A stretch of 64,000 nucleotides of DNA from positions 2,912,001 to 2,976,000 of the forward strand of contig OY969763.1 of NCBI GenBank assembly GCA_963702845.1, given 5' to 3'. Made by a program: the position numbers and the translations under genes. This DNA comes from an uncultured Verrucomicrobiae bacterium. Lineage in GTDB: Bacteria; Verrucomicrobiota; Verrucomicrobiia; Limisphaerales; Palsa-1400. A model generated the notes under the pieces. That model was not told the origin of the DNA. It worked only from the letters and a program-made list of their open reading frames with translations, and ran no database searches. Positions 52,196 to 62,042 of this stretch are shown here, piece by piece. Positions within the stretch are counted from its first letter, which is position 1. Each line of letters opens with the position of its first letter.

Positions 52196-52649
52196 CTGGC
52201 TTATCCTCCAAATTTTTGACTTCACGAACGAACTCCGTCGCTTCTTCGAAACGACGATAAACACTGGCAAAACGGACGTAGGCAACCTTATCGATGTCAC
52301 GCAAGGCCTCCATCACACGCTCGCCAACGGCCATTCCGGGAACCTCGCGATCGTATTTGTCGCTCAATTCATCGGCAATTTTGTCAGCCAATTCTTCGAT
52401 AACCTTGGGGCTAATCGGCCGTTTTTGACAGGCTTTGCGCAAACCGGAGAGCAACTTATCGCGGGAAAATTCTTCACGACGGCCATCCCGCTTAATCACC
52501 ATAAGCCCTTCGCGCTCAATCTCTTCGTAAGTGGTAAACCGATGTGCGCAGGCGAGACATTCACGACGACGCCGAATGGTCGAGCCTTCACGCGAAGCGC
52601 GTGAGTCAATCACTTTATCATCCTGGTTCCCGCACTTTGGACATCGCAT
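52179..52649 (-). CDS. nrdR: Transcriptional repressor NrdR
   Basis: MRCPKCG...KVIDSR, IRRRREC..C..RFTTYE, ATP-cone and VAYVRFASVYR. Confidence 0.97.
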   Translation of the reverse strand: MRCPKCGNQDDKVIDSRASREGSTIRRRRECLACAHRFTTYEEIEREGLMVIKRDGRREEFSRDKLLSGLRKACQKRPISPKVIEELADKIADELSDKYDREVPGMAVGERVMEALRDIDKVAYVRFASVYRRFEEATEFVREVKNLEDKPDAPQT

Positions 52650-52669
52650 AGCTGTGAAACCTTCCTTTA

Positions 52670-52722
52670 ACACCACCCAATGTGGCTAAGCGACTTCTAA
52701 CAACAAAGGGTTGTGGCGTCAA
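52670..52722 (-). promoter_or_regulatory. nrdR promoter (TTGACG-N17-TAGAAG) overlapped by two NrdR-box-like sites 31 bp apart
   Basis: Minus-strand CCACAAccctTTGTTG (52701-52716) and CCACATtgggTGGTGT (52670-52685). Confidence 0.45.
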
Positions 52723-52869
52723 CGGAGGAACAGATAATTTTTTGGCGAAATCGCGTTTTGACCACGATTCCCGGTCGAACCGCTCAAAAATGCTCGGTTC
52801 AAAACCTAAATTCGCCTTTACACCATTTAGAATCTGGCCGTTCTATTGAACCTGCTAATAGAGGTTTGT

Positions 52870-53883
52870 GATGCTAATGTTACAACAACACTCATCGCTT
52901 TTCCATTTTGACTACTGCAGTGGCAATCGTCGCTTGCCTGCTCTCGCCGACACAAAAGTCGATTTCGCCAAGCAAATTCAGCCGATTTTCGAAAAGTCGT
53001 GCGTTAAATGTCACGGCCCCGAAAAACAAAAAGGCGGCCTGCGTCTCGATCGAAAAAGCAGCCGCGCTAAAAGGCGGCAAAGATGCAGTCGCAATCGTTC
53101 CCGGTGACACCGCCAAAAGTGACTTTATCGCCGCATTACCCTTCCCGATGGCAGCGACGATGTGATGCCAAACCAAGGCACTTTACTTGAGCAAAGCCGA
53201 AACCGACTTGATCCGCGACTGGATCAATCAAGGCGCGACCTGGCCTGACACCGCTGTCACCAAGACCGACAAACCCGTGTCTGCTGAAGCCCACCAAACT
53301 GCCGGATATAAAATCCTCTCCCGAGCGAACTGAAAGCCATTGCGAAACTGGACACCATGGGAATTTCCGTTCGACCAATCGCGCAAAGTTGCAATTGGCA
53401 CGAAGCGAATTTGCGCGGTTACACCAATTCCGCCGATGGAGCGCTCACCCAATTAAAAGATGTCACCACGCTGATGGAATTGAATTTGTCCGGCACGAAA
53501 TTCTCCGATGCATCGGCCGCGAACCTCAAATCGCTGGTAAGCCTTACCCACTTACATCTGGAACACACTTCAATTACTGACGGCGGCTTGGCAAATGTCA
53601 AAGAAATGGCTCATTTGACATATTTGAACCTTTTCGACACTGCGATCACCGATGCTGGACTTGAACACCTCGCCGGCTCTGACCAATTTGCAAAACCTGC
53701 ACTTCTGGGAAGCCAAAGTGACCGACGCCGGAGTGGCGAAACTTCAAAAGGCGTTGCCCAAGTGCAGCATCATCCGGGGTGTGGAACTGCGCCGGATCGC
53801 TAAGACCGACACGAAGGCCGACGATGCAAAAGCAAAGACGACAAAAAGCCGCCGCTAAGAAAAAGAAGAAGAAGAAATCTTAG
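52870..53883 (+). CDS. Planctomycete-type cytochrome c domain + leucine-rich-repeat protein; several frameshifts
   Basis: VDFAKQIQPIFEKSCVKCHGPEKQKGGLRLD (CxxCH), VPGD, DVMP, IRDWINQGA, then LRRs (LELNLSGT, LHLEHTSITDGGL, LNLFDTAITDAGL) spread across frames; Lys-rich tail ending at TAG 53883. Confidence 0.7.
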
Positions 53884-53936
53884 TATCGGCGAAATCACCG
53901 GCGCGAAAAGTACGGAAATTAATTTGCGCTGGTCCG

Positions 53937-54587
53937 TCACGGGGGGGTTCGTCGCGGCAAATTCTGGAAGTTTGTGGTGTAGAATATATTCGTGTTGAGC
54001 GTAATCGTTCCGCCACCCCCCGAATAGGAAAGCAGATTGGCATATCCATTCGATACCCCTCCATTGATAAACGCACTGATTTTTTTCGTGCGCGTTAATG
54101 TGCCTTCCGCGAAACCGCCGTTGTTCGAAAACAATAGATTGCTGCTCGTGAATGACACCCCACGCAGGCCAGTTTCAACATAGCTGTTGGTGAACGACGT
54201 CTTTGTATTGAAGAGTTGATCGACAACAAACAGACCTGTTTCCCAGGTAAATGCATCCGTTACGTCCAATTCGTTGGTTTTACCCGGCACGCGAATGACT
54301 ACGTTTGTCGCGCTGCCGTCCAACGGCGTTTTGTAGAACAAACGGCCGCTGCGAAAATAATTCGTAAAATTCGTATTATCGCGATGATCAAGCGCCAGCG
54401 ATTTCACAATATTATCGCTGGTGATGCGCACAATCGCGGAACGATCGCGGTCCATGACACCGGTGTTAGTCGAGATACCTTGGTACCAGCCGGTCACTGA
54501 AAAATCCAAAACCTGTTCGATGCTGGCAGCCGATGCCGCCAAGCCACACACCACAAGGGCGCTAGTAACAACGTGAATAACCTTCAT
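53937..54587 (-). CDS. Hypothetical secreted protein; 3' end uncertain
   Basis: Signal peptide and a beta-rich Thr/Asn-rich body; the ORF ends next to a G7 homopolymer. Confidence 0.6.
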   Translation of the reverse strand: MKVIHVVTSALVVCGLAASAASIEQVLDFSVTGWYQGISTNTGVMDRDRSAIVRITSDNIVKSLALDHRDNTNFTNYFRSGRLFYKTPLDGSATNVVIRVPGKTNELDVTDAFTWETGLFVVDQLFNTKTSFTNSYVETGLRGVSFTSSNLLFSNNGGFAEGTLTRTKKISAFINGGVSNGYANLLSYSGGGGTITLNTNIFYTTNFQNLPRRTPP

Positions 54588-54702
54588 TAAGAAAAATTCG
54601 CCCGCGATTATCGCAAGCCCATTGACTGTGGCAGTTTGCGGCGCGCAATCAAATCTTTTTTAGCCGTTGACAATTCAAATGCGTGTTTAAGATTAAATTT
54701 CA

Positions 54703-55352
54703 ATGGTTGCTCCTAATTCGGAATCTTCCCAAACGAAAACCCGACAGCAATTATTGGAAGCTGCCGGGCCGGTGTTTGCGGAACACGGGTATCGAGCGGC
54801 GACGGTTCGGGAAATTTGTTTGCGCGCGGGCGCCAATGTTGCCTCGATTCATTACCATTTTGGTGACAAGGAGAAGCTTTACCTGGAAGTCTTGCGCTAC
54901 GCTCAGTTACTGGATAACCAGACAAATCCCGGATTGGCGAAGGCCAACCGCAGTGTTTCGCCTGAAGAGCAACTAAAGGGCTTCATTCGTTCGTTCCTTG
55001 TCAAATTACTTTCTCCGGGGCCAGTGGCGTGGGATGGCAAACTTCTCGCACGCGAAATGGTTGAGCCATCGGTCGGCAATGGACGTCGTCGATCGACGAA
55101 CGCATTCGCCCGATGCACAAACACATGCGCGAGATTCTTCGCGCTTTCCTCGGGCCTCAGGCAACGGAAGACGAACTTCGCGAATACGAATTCAGCATTG
55201 TCAGTCAATGCGTGTTCTATCATCACTGCAGAGAAGTGGTCTTGCGCCTGTATCCGCACTTCAAACCAAATGGACCAGAGATCGACAAATTAGCCGCACA
55301 CATCACTGCGTTTTCATTGGCCGGTTTACAAGCCAGAGCACAGCGCAAATGA
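54703..55352 (+). CDS. TetR-family regulator with CerR/DUF1956-type C-terminal domain; frame disruption at ~55070-55092
   Basis: HTH (LLEAAGPVFAEHGYRAATVREIC..AGANVASIHYHFGDKEKLY), LLAREMVEPS, then SIVSQCVFY...HITAFSLAGL in the shifted frame. Confidence 0.85.
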
Positions 55353-56694
55353 AAGCTCTCCTGATTTGTGCCACTGCCGGCCTGACCCTCTGCGCTTCGG
55401 CGCAGACCAACGTTTCCACCAATTTGCTCAATCGGCCTCTCTCGCGCCATGACGCCGTCGAGATCGCCATGGGACAGAACAGCACGATCTTGCGCGGTCG
55501 CGCTGACCTGCGGGCGACGCATGGTGTCGAAATGCAATTGCGTTCCGCTGCCATGCCGCGCGTCGCCGTCACCGGGTTTTACAGCGGGCAAGATCCGTCT
55601 TTGGTGAACGAACCTTTCCCGGGAACTGCTACAACCACGTTCCCTTTGCCCAACCAAAACTGGCAAGCCGACGCGCGCGTGCAACAGCCTCTCTATAGCG
55701 GCGGCAAAATCACATCGTCGTTGCGCTCGGCAAAATTGACTCGTGAACAGGCCGTCCTCATTTTTCACGCCACCGTAAATGATGCTTTGCTCGCCACGCG
55801 CATCGCCTATGACGACGTCCTGCTCGCGCAACAGCAAACCGTCGTTCAGGAAGCCTCCGTCAAATTGCTTTCGAACGAACTTGAAGATGTCAGAAGAGGT
55901 ATCACGCCGGAACGGTGCCGCGCTTCAACGTCCTTCGCGCCGAAGTCGAACTCGCCAGTGCCCGCCCCCGCTTAATCACCGCCCGCAATCAGTATCGCAT
56001 CGCAAAAAATAATTTAGTGAACCTGCTCGGTTACAATTTGCCCATCGGCACACTCGAAGACATCCCGCTGCAACTTGTCGACACATTGCAAGCGCCAGCA
56101 GTCAACGTTGACCTCTCTAGCGCAATTGGCCGCGCTCTCGACCAGCGGTCCGAACTCGCGGCCTTACGCAAGACTGAGCGACTGCGCCGCGAAGATATCG
56201 TCAACGCTCAAGCGGGACATAAGCCAGCGATTCAAATCTACGGCGGATACCAATTCGACAGTCCAACATTCGTTGAGGATTTAAGCCATCAACTCAACGG
56301 CTGGGAAGCGGGCGTAAATGTTTCATGGTCACCATGGGATGGCGGTCTGACCCGGGGTAGAGTCATGGAAGCCGAAGCGAGGCACGACCGCGCTCAGGTG
56401 GACATCCATGACTCGCGACGCCAGATCGAACTTGAAGTGCGCACCGCCTATTCTCAATTCGTAAACGCGAAGGAAGTCTTGGAATCGCAGAAAAAAGTTC
56501 AGGAGCAAGCCGAGGAAGCCTTGCGCCTTGCCGGAGCGCGAATGCACGCCGGCACTGGCACGCAACTCGATGTATTAGACGCGCAGACAGCCCTCACTGA
56601 TGCACGCACCACCCAGGTCCAGGCTCTACACGATTATTCGGTCGCGCGTTCGCGCCTCCAGCGAGCGATCGGCGAGGACCTTCAGAAAGATTAA
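55349..56694 (+). CDS. TolC-family outer-membrane efflux protein; one frameshift near 55895
   Basis: Signal peptide, QPLYSGG, shifted-frame RYHAGTVPRFNVLRAEVEL, and AGTGTQLDVLDAQTAL. Confidence 0.87.
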
Positions 56695-56750
56695 CGCTTC
56701 GCAGTTGTGCTTTGCCGAGTAACTATTAAATTCCACCCGCAGCGTAGAAC

Positions 56751-58076
56751 GTGAAGAAGCCATCTATAGTAATCATCTTTATAACCGTGCTGATCGATCT
56801 GGTCGGCTTCGGTCTCATTCTCCCACTCATTCCCGTTTACTCGAAGAACTTCGGGGCGAGCGGCCTAATGATTGGGGCCATCATCGCTTCCTATTCCCTG
56901 ATGCAGTTTATTTTCGCGCCTATTTGGGGCCGCGTATCGGATCGAATTGGACGCCGTCCGGTTCTCTTGGGCAGCACATTTTGCGCGACCATCTCATACG
57001 TGATCTTCGCATTCGGATCTTCACTGTCCAATCATTCACTGGCTTTATGGATACTCCTCCTGTCGCGCGCGTTTGCAGGAATTTGCGGAGCAAACATCAC
57101 GGTGGCACAAGCCTATATCGCTGATATCACCCCAGCGGAAAAACGTTCCGCACGGATGGGAATCATAGGAATGGCGTTTGGATTGGGCTTCATTTTGGGG
57201 CCTGTTCTTGGCGGCGCGGCCCTAAATCCTGAGGGTATCTGGAGCCCAGTCGCACGTTGGCTGCCCGACACTATCACACACTTTCTGAAACATTGGTCAG
57301 ATGCCTGGATTCATATGGTTGGCGAAAGTGCCCCGGGGTGGGTGGCTGCATTTCTCTGTGCAGTCAATTTCATCTGGGCCTTCATGCGTTTACCGGAAAG
57401 CTGGAAACCGAACATGGAAGAGCATGTTCCACAGCGACCTCATCTTGATCAATGGGTCCATACGTTGACTACTCCACGTTTGAATCTGCTGATTACCGTC
57501 TTTTTTCTCGCGACCTTCTGTTTTACATGCTTCGAAAGCACGATTGGATTGCTCGTGATGCGCAATTTTAACATCGACACAACCACAGGAGCGGGTCTTT
57601 CCAGAGTGTCGTGGTTGATTGCTTATTGCGGGTTAGTCGGAGCAGTCGTACAGGGAGGTGGAACTGGGCGGCTTGTTAAACGAATGGGCGAGCCAAAAGT
57701 CATCGCCATGAGTTTGTTCGTCGCTGCCATCGGTATCGGGGTTCTGCCATACATTTCGAATTCGTGGCCATTGCTCCTAATGGCACTAGCAATCTTTTCG
57801 ATTGGCTCAAGCCTCACGCGCCCGCCCGTTTTCGGAATGATTTCTCAACTTACTGCAGCACATGAACAAGGCACGAACATTGGTGTTGCCCAAGGAGTCG
57901 GCAGTCTCGCCCGTATTCTAGGTCCAATCTTCGCAACTACCTTGTTTGATAAACACGCAGCTATTCCTTACGTGACCTGCGGCGTGCTTTCATTTGTGAC
58001 TGGAATGCTCGCTGCCCGTTACCTCACGCACATTCCGAAACCTGCATCCGCCGAAACCGCGCGGGTTTCTACTTGA
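56751..58076 (+). CDS. MFS transporter, TetA/DHA1-like
   Basis: WGRVSDRIGRRPVLL (motif A), AYIADIT, GFILGPVLGG and about 12 TM segments. Confidence 0.93.
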   Translation: MKKPSIVIIFITVLIDLVGFGLILPLIPVYSKNFGASGLMIGAIIASYSLMQFIFAPIWGRVSDRIGRRPVLLGSTFCATISYVIFAFGSSLSNHSLALWILLLSRAFAGICGANITVAQAYIADITPAEKRSARMGIIGMAFGLGFILGPVLGGAALNPEGIWSPVARWLPDTITHFLKHWSDAWIHMVGESAPGWVAAFLCAVNFIWAFMRLPESWKPNMEEHVPQRPHLDQWVHTLTTPRLNLLITVFFLATFCFTCFESTIGLLVMRNFNIDTTTGAGLSRVSWLIAYCGLVGAVVQGGGTGRLVKRMGEPKVIAMSLFVAAIGIGVLPYISNSWPLLLMALAIFSIGSSLTRPPVFGMISQLTAAHEQGTNIGVAQGVGSLARILGPIFATTLFDKHAAIPYVTCGVLSFVTGMLAARYLTHIPKPASAETARVST

Positions 58077-58112
58077 CCCTATTCGACGGGAACGCAAGCT
58101 GGCACTTCGCCT

Positions 58113-59426
58113 ATGCAACCGTTCTCCCGACGCCGGTTTCTCAACACATCCACTCTTGCGTTAGCCGCTGCTCCGATGCTCCTGCCTCGCATCACGCGCG
58201 GCGAAGATGTCGGTGCCAACGATAAAATCCGCCTTGGTGTCATCGGGTGCGGCGATCGTGGACAGTATGTTCTCAGTTATTTCCTAAAGAATCCCGAAGT
58301 CGATTGCGTCATCGCATGCGACGTCGACGATGCACGAAGCGCCAAAACCGCCGAGACGGTTGAGAAGACCCGCGGGAAACGTCCAGCGACCTGCCGCGAT
58401 TTTCGCCGCGTTCTCGACCGGAAAGACATCGACGCCGTTCTCGTCGCAACCCCGGACCATTGGCACGCGTTACCAACCGTTAATGCCTGCCAGGCCGGCA
58501 AAGACGTCTACGTCGAAAAGCCACTCGCAAAAACCATCGACGAAGGGCGTGCGATGCTCGAAGCCTCGCTTCGGCACAACCGTGTTGTGCAAATGGGCAC
58601 GCAATGGCGCAGCGGAACCCATTTCAAAGACGCGATCGATTTCATCCATTCCGGCAAGCTCGGCAAAGTCGGTCTTGTGCGCGGATGGGTATATCTCGAT
58701 TGGGTTGGTGGCGTCGGCAATCCGCCGGATAGCCAGCCACCCGCGACCGTCGATTACGATTTTTGGCTCGGCCCTGCTGCGAAACGTCCGTTCAACAAGA
58801 ACCGATTTCATTTCAACTTCCGCTGGTTCTGGGATTATGCGGGCGGGTTGATGACTGATTGGGGCGTTCACCTCATCAACGTCATGCTCTGGGCCATGGG
58901 TCCCGAGCACCCGAAGAGCGTCATGTCGAGCGGCGGAAAATTTGTCGTGGACGACAACACCGAAACGCCCGATACGCAGGTAACTGTTTACGAATTCCCG
59001 AGTTACATGCTGCTGTGGGAACATCGCGTCGGCAGTAACAACGGCCTCGAAGGTCAACGCTGGGGCATTCGTTTTACCGGCAGTGAAGGGACGTTGCTGA
59101 TCAGTGAGGCAGGCTGGGAGGTGACGCCGGAGAGGAAATCCAAAAACCTTAAGCCGATCAAATTCCCCGCCGGACCGGATGAAGTGCCGGCGCACGTGCG
59201 CAATTTTCTCGACTGCATGAAGTCACGCCAGCAACCGAACGAAAACCTCACCATCGGTCATCACGTCTCCTCCGTCGCGCATCTTGGTAATATTGCGTAT
59301 CGCACGAAACGCAAAATTTTCTGGGACGGTGAACGCGAACGGATCATCAACGACAAAGAAGCCGATCATCTCGTCGGGGTTCAGTATCGCAAGCCGTGGC
59401 ACCTGCCCTACTCGCGTCGCGCCTGA
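58113..59426 (+). CDS. Gfo/Idh/MocA-family oxidoreductase with Tat signal
   Basis: SRRRFL, GVIGCGDRG, ATPDHWH, YVEKP and DWGVHLI. Confidence 0.93.
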   Translation: MQPFSRRRFLNTSTLALAAAPMLLPRITRGEDVGANDKIRLGVIGCGDRGQYVLSYFLKNPEVDCVIACDVDDARSAKTAETVEKTRGKRPATCRDFRRVLDRKDIDAVLVATPDHWHALPTVNACQAGKDVYVEKPLAKTIDEGRAMLEASLRHNRVVQMGTQWRSGTHFKDAIDFIHSGKLGKVGLVRGWVYLDWVGGVGNPPDSQPPATVDYDFWLGPAAKRPFNKNRFHFNFRWFWDYAGGLMTDWGVHLINVMLWAMGPEHPKSVMSSGGKFVVDDNTETPDTQVTVYEFPSYMLLWEHRVGSNNGLEGQRWGIRFTGSEGTLLISEAGWEVTPERKSKNLKPIKFPAGPDEVPAHVRNFLDCMKSRQQPNENLTIGHHVSSVAHLGNIAYRTKRKIFWDGERERIINDKEADHLVGVQYRKPWHLPYSRRA

Positions 59427-59427
59427 T

Positions 59428-60615
59428 TTACGGCGACGAAATCGCAATCATATCGACCGTTACTGTCCTGCCGGGCACACCGACGGATTTGACCATCGCT
59501 TTAGAAGCGGCGGGCGGGCGATCAGGTTTCAGATACTTCGGTCGCAGCACATTCAACTGATTGCTGGCGTCGGGCGTGCTGACGTAATACGTCGCTTTGA
59601 CGAGGTGATCGAAATCACTGCCAGACTTTTTTAGAATAGCACCGAGGTCTTTAAAGATGGTCGTGACTTGCTCGGCGCCAGTTGTGTCCTTTTCGCCGCC
59701 ATATAGCGCTGAGCAGTAGATGCGACCACCGCGATTGACACGTACAACGCGGGTGAAAACTTTGGAAGCTGCGAGGCCGGGAGGATTGAGGAAATCCAAA
59801 TCGCCGGGCGCGGCTTCAGATCGAGCGATGAGTTCAATTTCGATTGGCTGCGGATTGTTTGTCGTCCACTCGACGAAAACACATGGAGGAGTCACATCGG
59901 GCGAGAAGAAGTTTTCAATCTCGTGTTTAACTGATTGGATTCCAACCATCGGATTCAAAAAGCATTTCACCTGGACGACATCGCTCTTCGTCAGGCGCAA
60001 GAAATCCAAGGTGCTGGAGAGGCTTTCAAGAGTTGTGCGCGTCGACGCTCCGAGTGTGACATTCGTTTTCGCCTGGCCCGAGATATAAACGGCGCCGCCT
60101 GCGGGAAGGATGGCCATGTCGGCTTCTTGCATCGACTCGGAAAGGTATGGTGAGAACAGGCGTTTGACGGTGGGGCTCTCGCCTGCTGGATTTAAATCCG
60201 CGGCGACAGCGTCGATCGCCACGAGCGCGTCGGGATTTTGCAACGGTGTTACAACCAAACTGACGGCGGGCCTTTCGAATCGACTAAAAGGTTTGCGCAG
60301 GGCTTTCTCAACCTGGGGCAGGATCGATTCGTTTGCGATGTAGACGTTCAGCTTAACAACCTGCGCGCCGGGGGCAGCGCTCTTCAACGCGTCGAGGATG
60401 TTCTCAAGGACGCGCGCGGTTTGTTTCGTCGGATCACCTTTTCCGATCACTTCACCTTTGCGATCCACCGGCAGGAATTGCGCGGTGTGAATCAATGGCG
60501 CGGTCTCAACGACCACGGCCTGGGCCAAGCCAGTGATCGGGTCTTTGCCAATCGACTTGGTTTGACCCGAGACGAGAGAGACCGAAAGCAAAAGGAATGC
60601 GATGACGCGATTCAT
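59428..60615 (-). CDS. Secreted Rid (YjgF/YER057c/UK114) family protein with three tandem domains
   Basis: Signal peptide and three Rid folds (VVKLNVY...VAIDAVA; YISGQ...VVQVKCF...IEIELIA; LVKATYY...VDMIA). Confidence 0.85.
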   Translation of the reverse strand: MNRVIAFLLLSVSLVSGQTKSIGKDPITGLAQAVVVETAPLIHTAQFLPVDRKGEVIGKGDPTKQTARVLENILDALKSAAPGAQVVKLNVYIANESILPQVEKALRKPFSRFERPAVSLVVTPLQNPDALVAIDAVAADLNPAGESPTVKRLFSPYLSESMQEADMAILPAGGAVYISGQAKTNVTLGASTRTTLESLSSTLDFLRLTKSDVVQVKCFLNPMVGIQSVKHEIENFFSPDVTPPCVFVEWTTNNPQPIEIELIARSEAAPGDLDFLNPPGLAASKVFTRVVRVNRGGRIYCSALYGGEKDTTGAEQVTTIFKDLGAILKKSGSDFDHLVKATYYVSTPDASNQLNVLRPKYLKPDRPPAASKAMVKSVGVPGRTVTVDMIAISSP

Positions 60616-60627
60616 GCAAATCCATAT

Positions 60628-60714
60628 TGTAGGAGACGAGGTGACGAGTCTCTAACTTTTTTCGGCGGCTGAGTGCTGCCGGCATATTAGAGACTCGTTA
60701 CCTCGTCCCCTACA
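60628..60714. repeat. GTAG-type REP doublet (REPIN-like), 28-bp inverted repeat
   Basis: tgtaggagacgaggtgacgagtctctaa and its near reverse complement (2 mismatches) at 60687-60714; internal GAGAC...GTCTC palindrome in the left arm. Confidence 0.75.
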
Positions 60715-60719
60715 TAAGT

Positions 60720-62039
60720 TCAAACGACAGGCAGCGGCGTGAACTTTTTGCCCAGAATCGGCTCGCTCTTTGTCTTGAGCCAATTTTCGAGAACGGCAGC
60801 GTAAACGGTCCGGAAATCGGTCGTGAACTTCAGGTCGCCGTTGACGAGGTCCGCAGGCGCGAGGCTTGGATACTCGCCAAGGAGGCCGGATTTGATTTTA
60901 TTACCGATGACAAACATCGGAGCGGCAGCGCCGTGGTCAGTTCCATTGTTCGCATTCTCCACGACGCGCCGCCCGAATTCGCTAAAAGTCATCACCATCA
61001 CACGCTGGAAGTTCCCCTGCTCTTTCAGGTCTTCGACGAAGGCTTTCACTGAATCGCCGAGATCGCGCATCAACCGTTCGTGTGCATTAAGTTGGTTGGC
61101 GTGGGTGTCATATCCGCCTTGTGACACGTAGAAAATTCGTGTGGGCAATCCGCCGCCGATCAGTTGCGCGACGAGCTTGAGCGAATTGGCCAATTCCGAT
61201 TGTGGATATTTGCCGTGACTCTCCACCTTGCGGCTGATGGCCAGAATCTTATCGGAACTGATTTGGGCATCGAGCGCGGTGCGTTCGATGAAATCCAGAG
61301 GTGAACCGACGTGTTTGGTCGGACCATGGACTGCGCCGATACTGCCGCCATCCATGGCGTTTTCGAGACCATTCATCTCGCGGTAAGTGTGTTCTTCGGA
61401 ATCCATTTCGCCGCGCTTCGCGTGTTCGCTGCTGACGAAACGATAATTCTTGGGGCTATCGAGGCTGACGCCCTTGGGGTGCAGCGAAGAAAATGCCTGC
61501 GGCATTTGCCGGCCGATGTTGACGCCAACCGTCGGGTCCGCGCCTTTGCAGGCGTTGTCGAAGTACCGGCCAATCCAACCGTAAGGTTCGTTTTTATTCG
61601 AATCGCTGGCGGTCTGCCAAATTTCGGTGGAGCGAAAATGGGAGCGGTTCGGGTTTGGATAGCCGATGCCCTGGACGATGCCGAGACTGCCCGCGTCGTA
61701 GAGCTCTTTAAATCCGGTGAGGTTCGGGTGCAGACCGATTGTGTCGTCGATTTTGAGGACGGACTTTGCATCCAGACCAACGCGACGGCGGGCCTTCTTG
61801 TAATAGTCGTTGCTGTAGGGAACGACGGTGTTCAAGCCGTCATTGCCACCGGCCATCTGCAGGACAACGAGGATCGTGCCGTCTTTGCCGGTGACGATAT
61901 TGTTCGCGTCTTTCGCTTCGGCGTGCAACGACGCGAAGGTGTTGGCGAGAAAGGTCGGAATCGTCCAACCGACCGCGCCGCCGAGTGCGCTAGTGCGCAG
62001 GAAATCACGTCGTGTGCAAAGTTTCGCGTCAGTTTTCAT
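60720..62039 (-). CDS. DUF1501 domain protein with Tat signal
   Basis: TRRDFLR, LQMAGGNDGLNTVVP, NRSHFRS, GGYDTH, FSEFGRR and GTDHG. Confidence 0.93.
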   Translation of the reverse strand: MKTDAKLCTRRDFLRTSALGGAVGWTIPTFLANTFASLHAEAKDANNIVTGKDGTILVVLQMAGGNDGLNTVVPYSNDYYKKARRRVGLDAKSVLKIDDTIGLHPNLTGFKELYDAGSLGIVQGIGYPNPNRSHFRSTEIWQTASDSNKNEPYGWIGRYFDNACKGADPTVGVNIGRQMPQAFSSLHPKGVSLDSPKNYRFVSSEHAKRGEMDSEEHTYREMNGLENAMDGGSIGAVHGPTKHVGSPLDFIERTALDAQISSDKILAISRKVESHGKYPQSELANSLKLVAQLIGGGLPTRIFYVSQGGYDTHANQLNAHERLMRDLGDSVKAFVEDLKEQGNFQRVMVMTFSEFGRRVVENANNGTDHGAAAPMFVIGNKIKSGLLGEYPSLAPADLVNGDLKFTTDFRTVYAAVLENWLKTKSEPILGKKFTPLPVV

Positions 62040-62042
62040 AGG

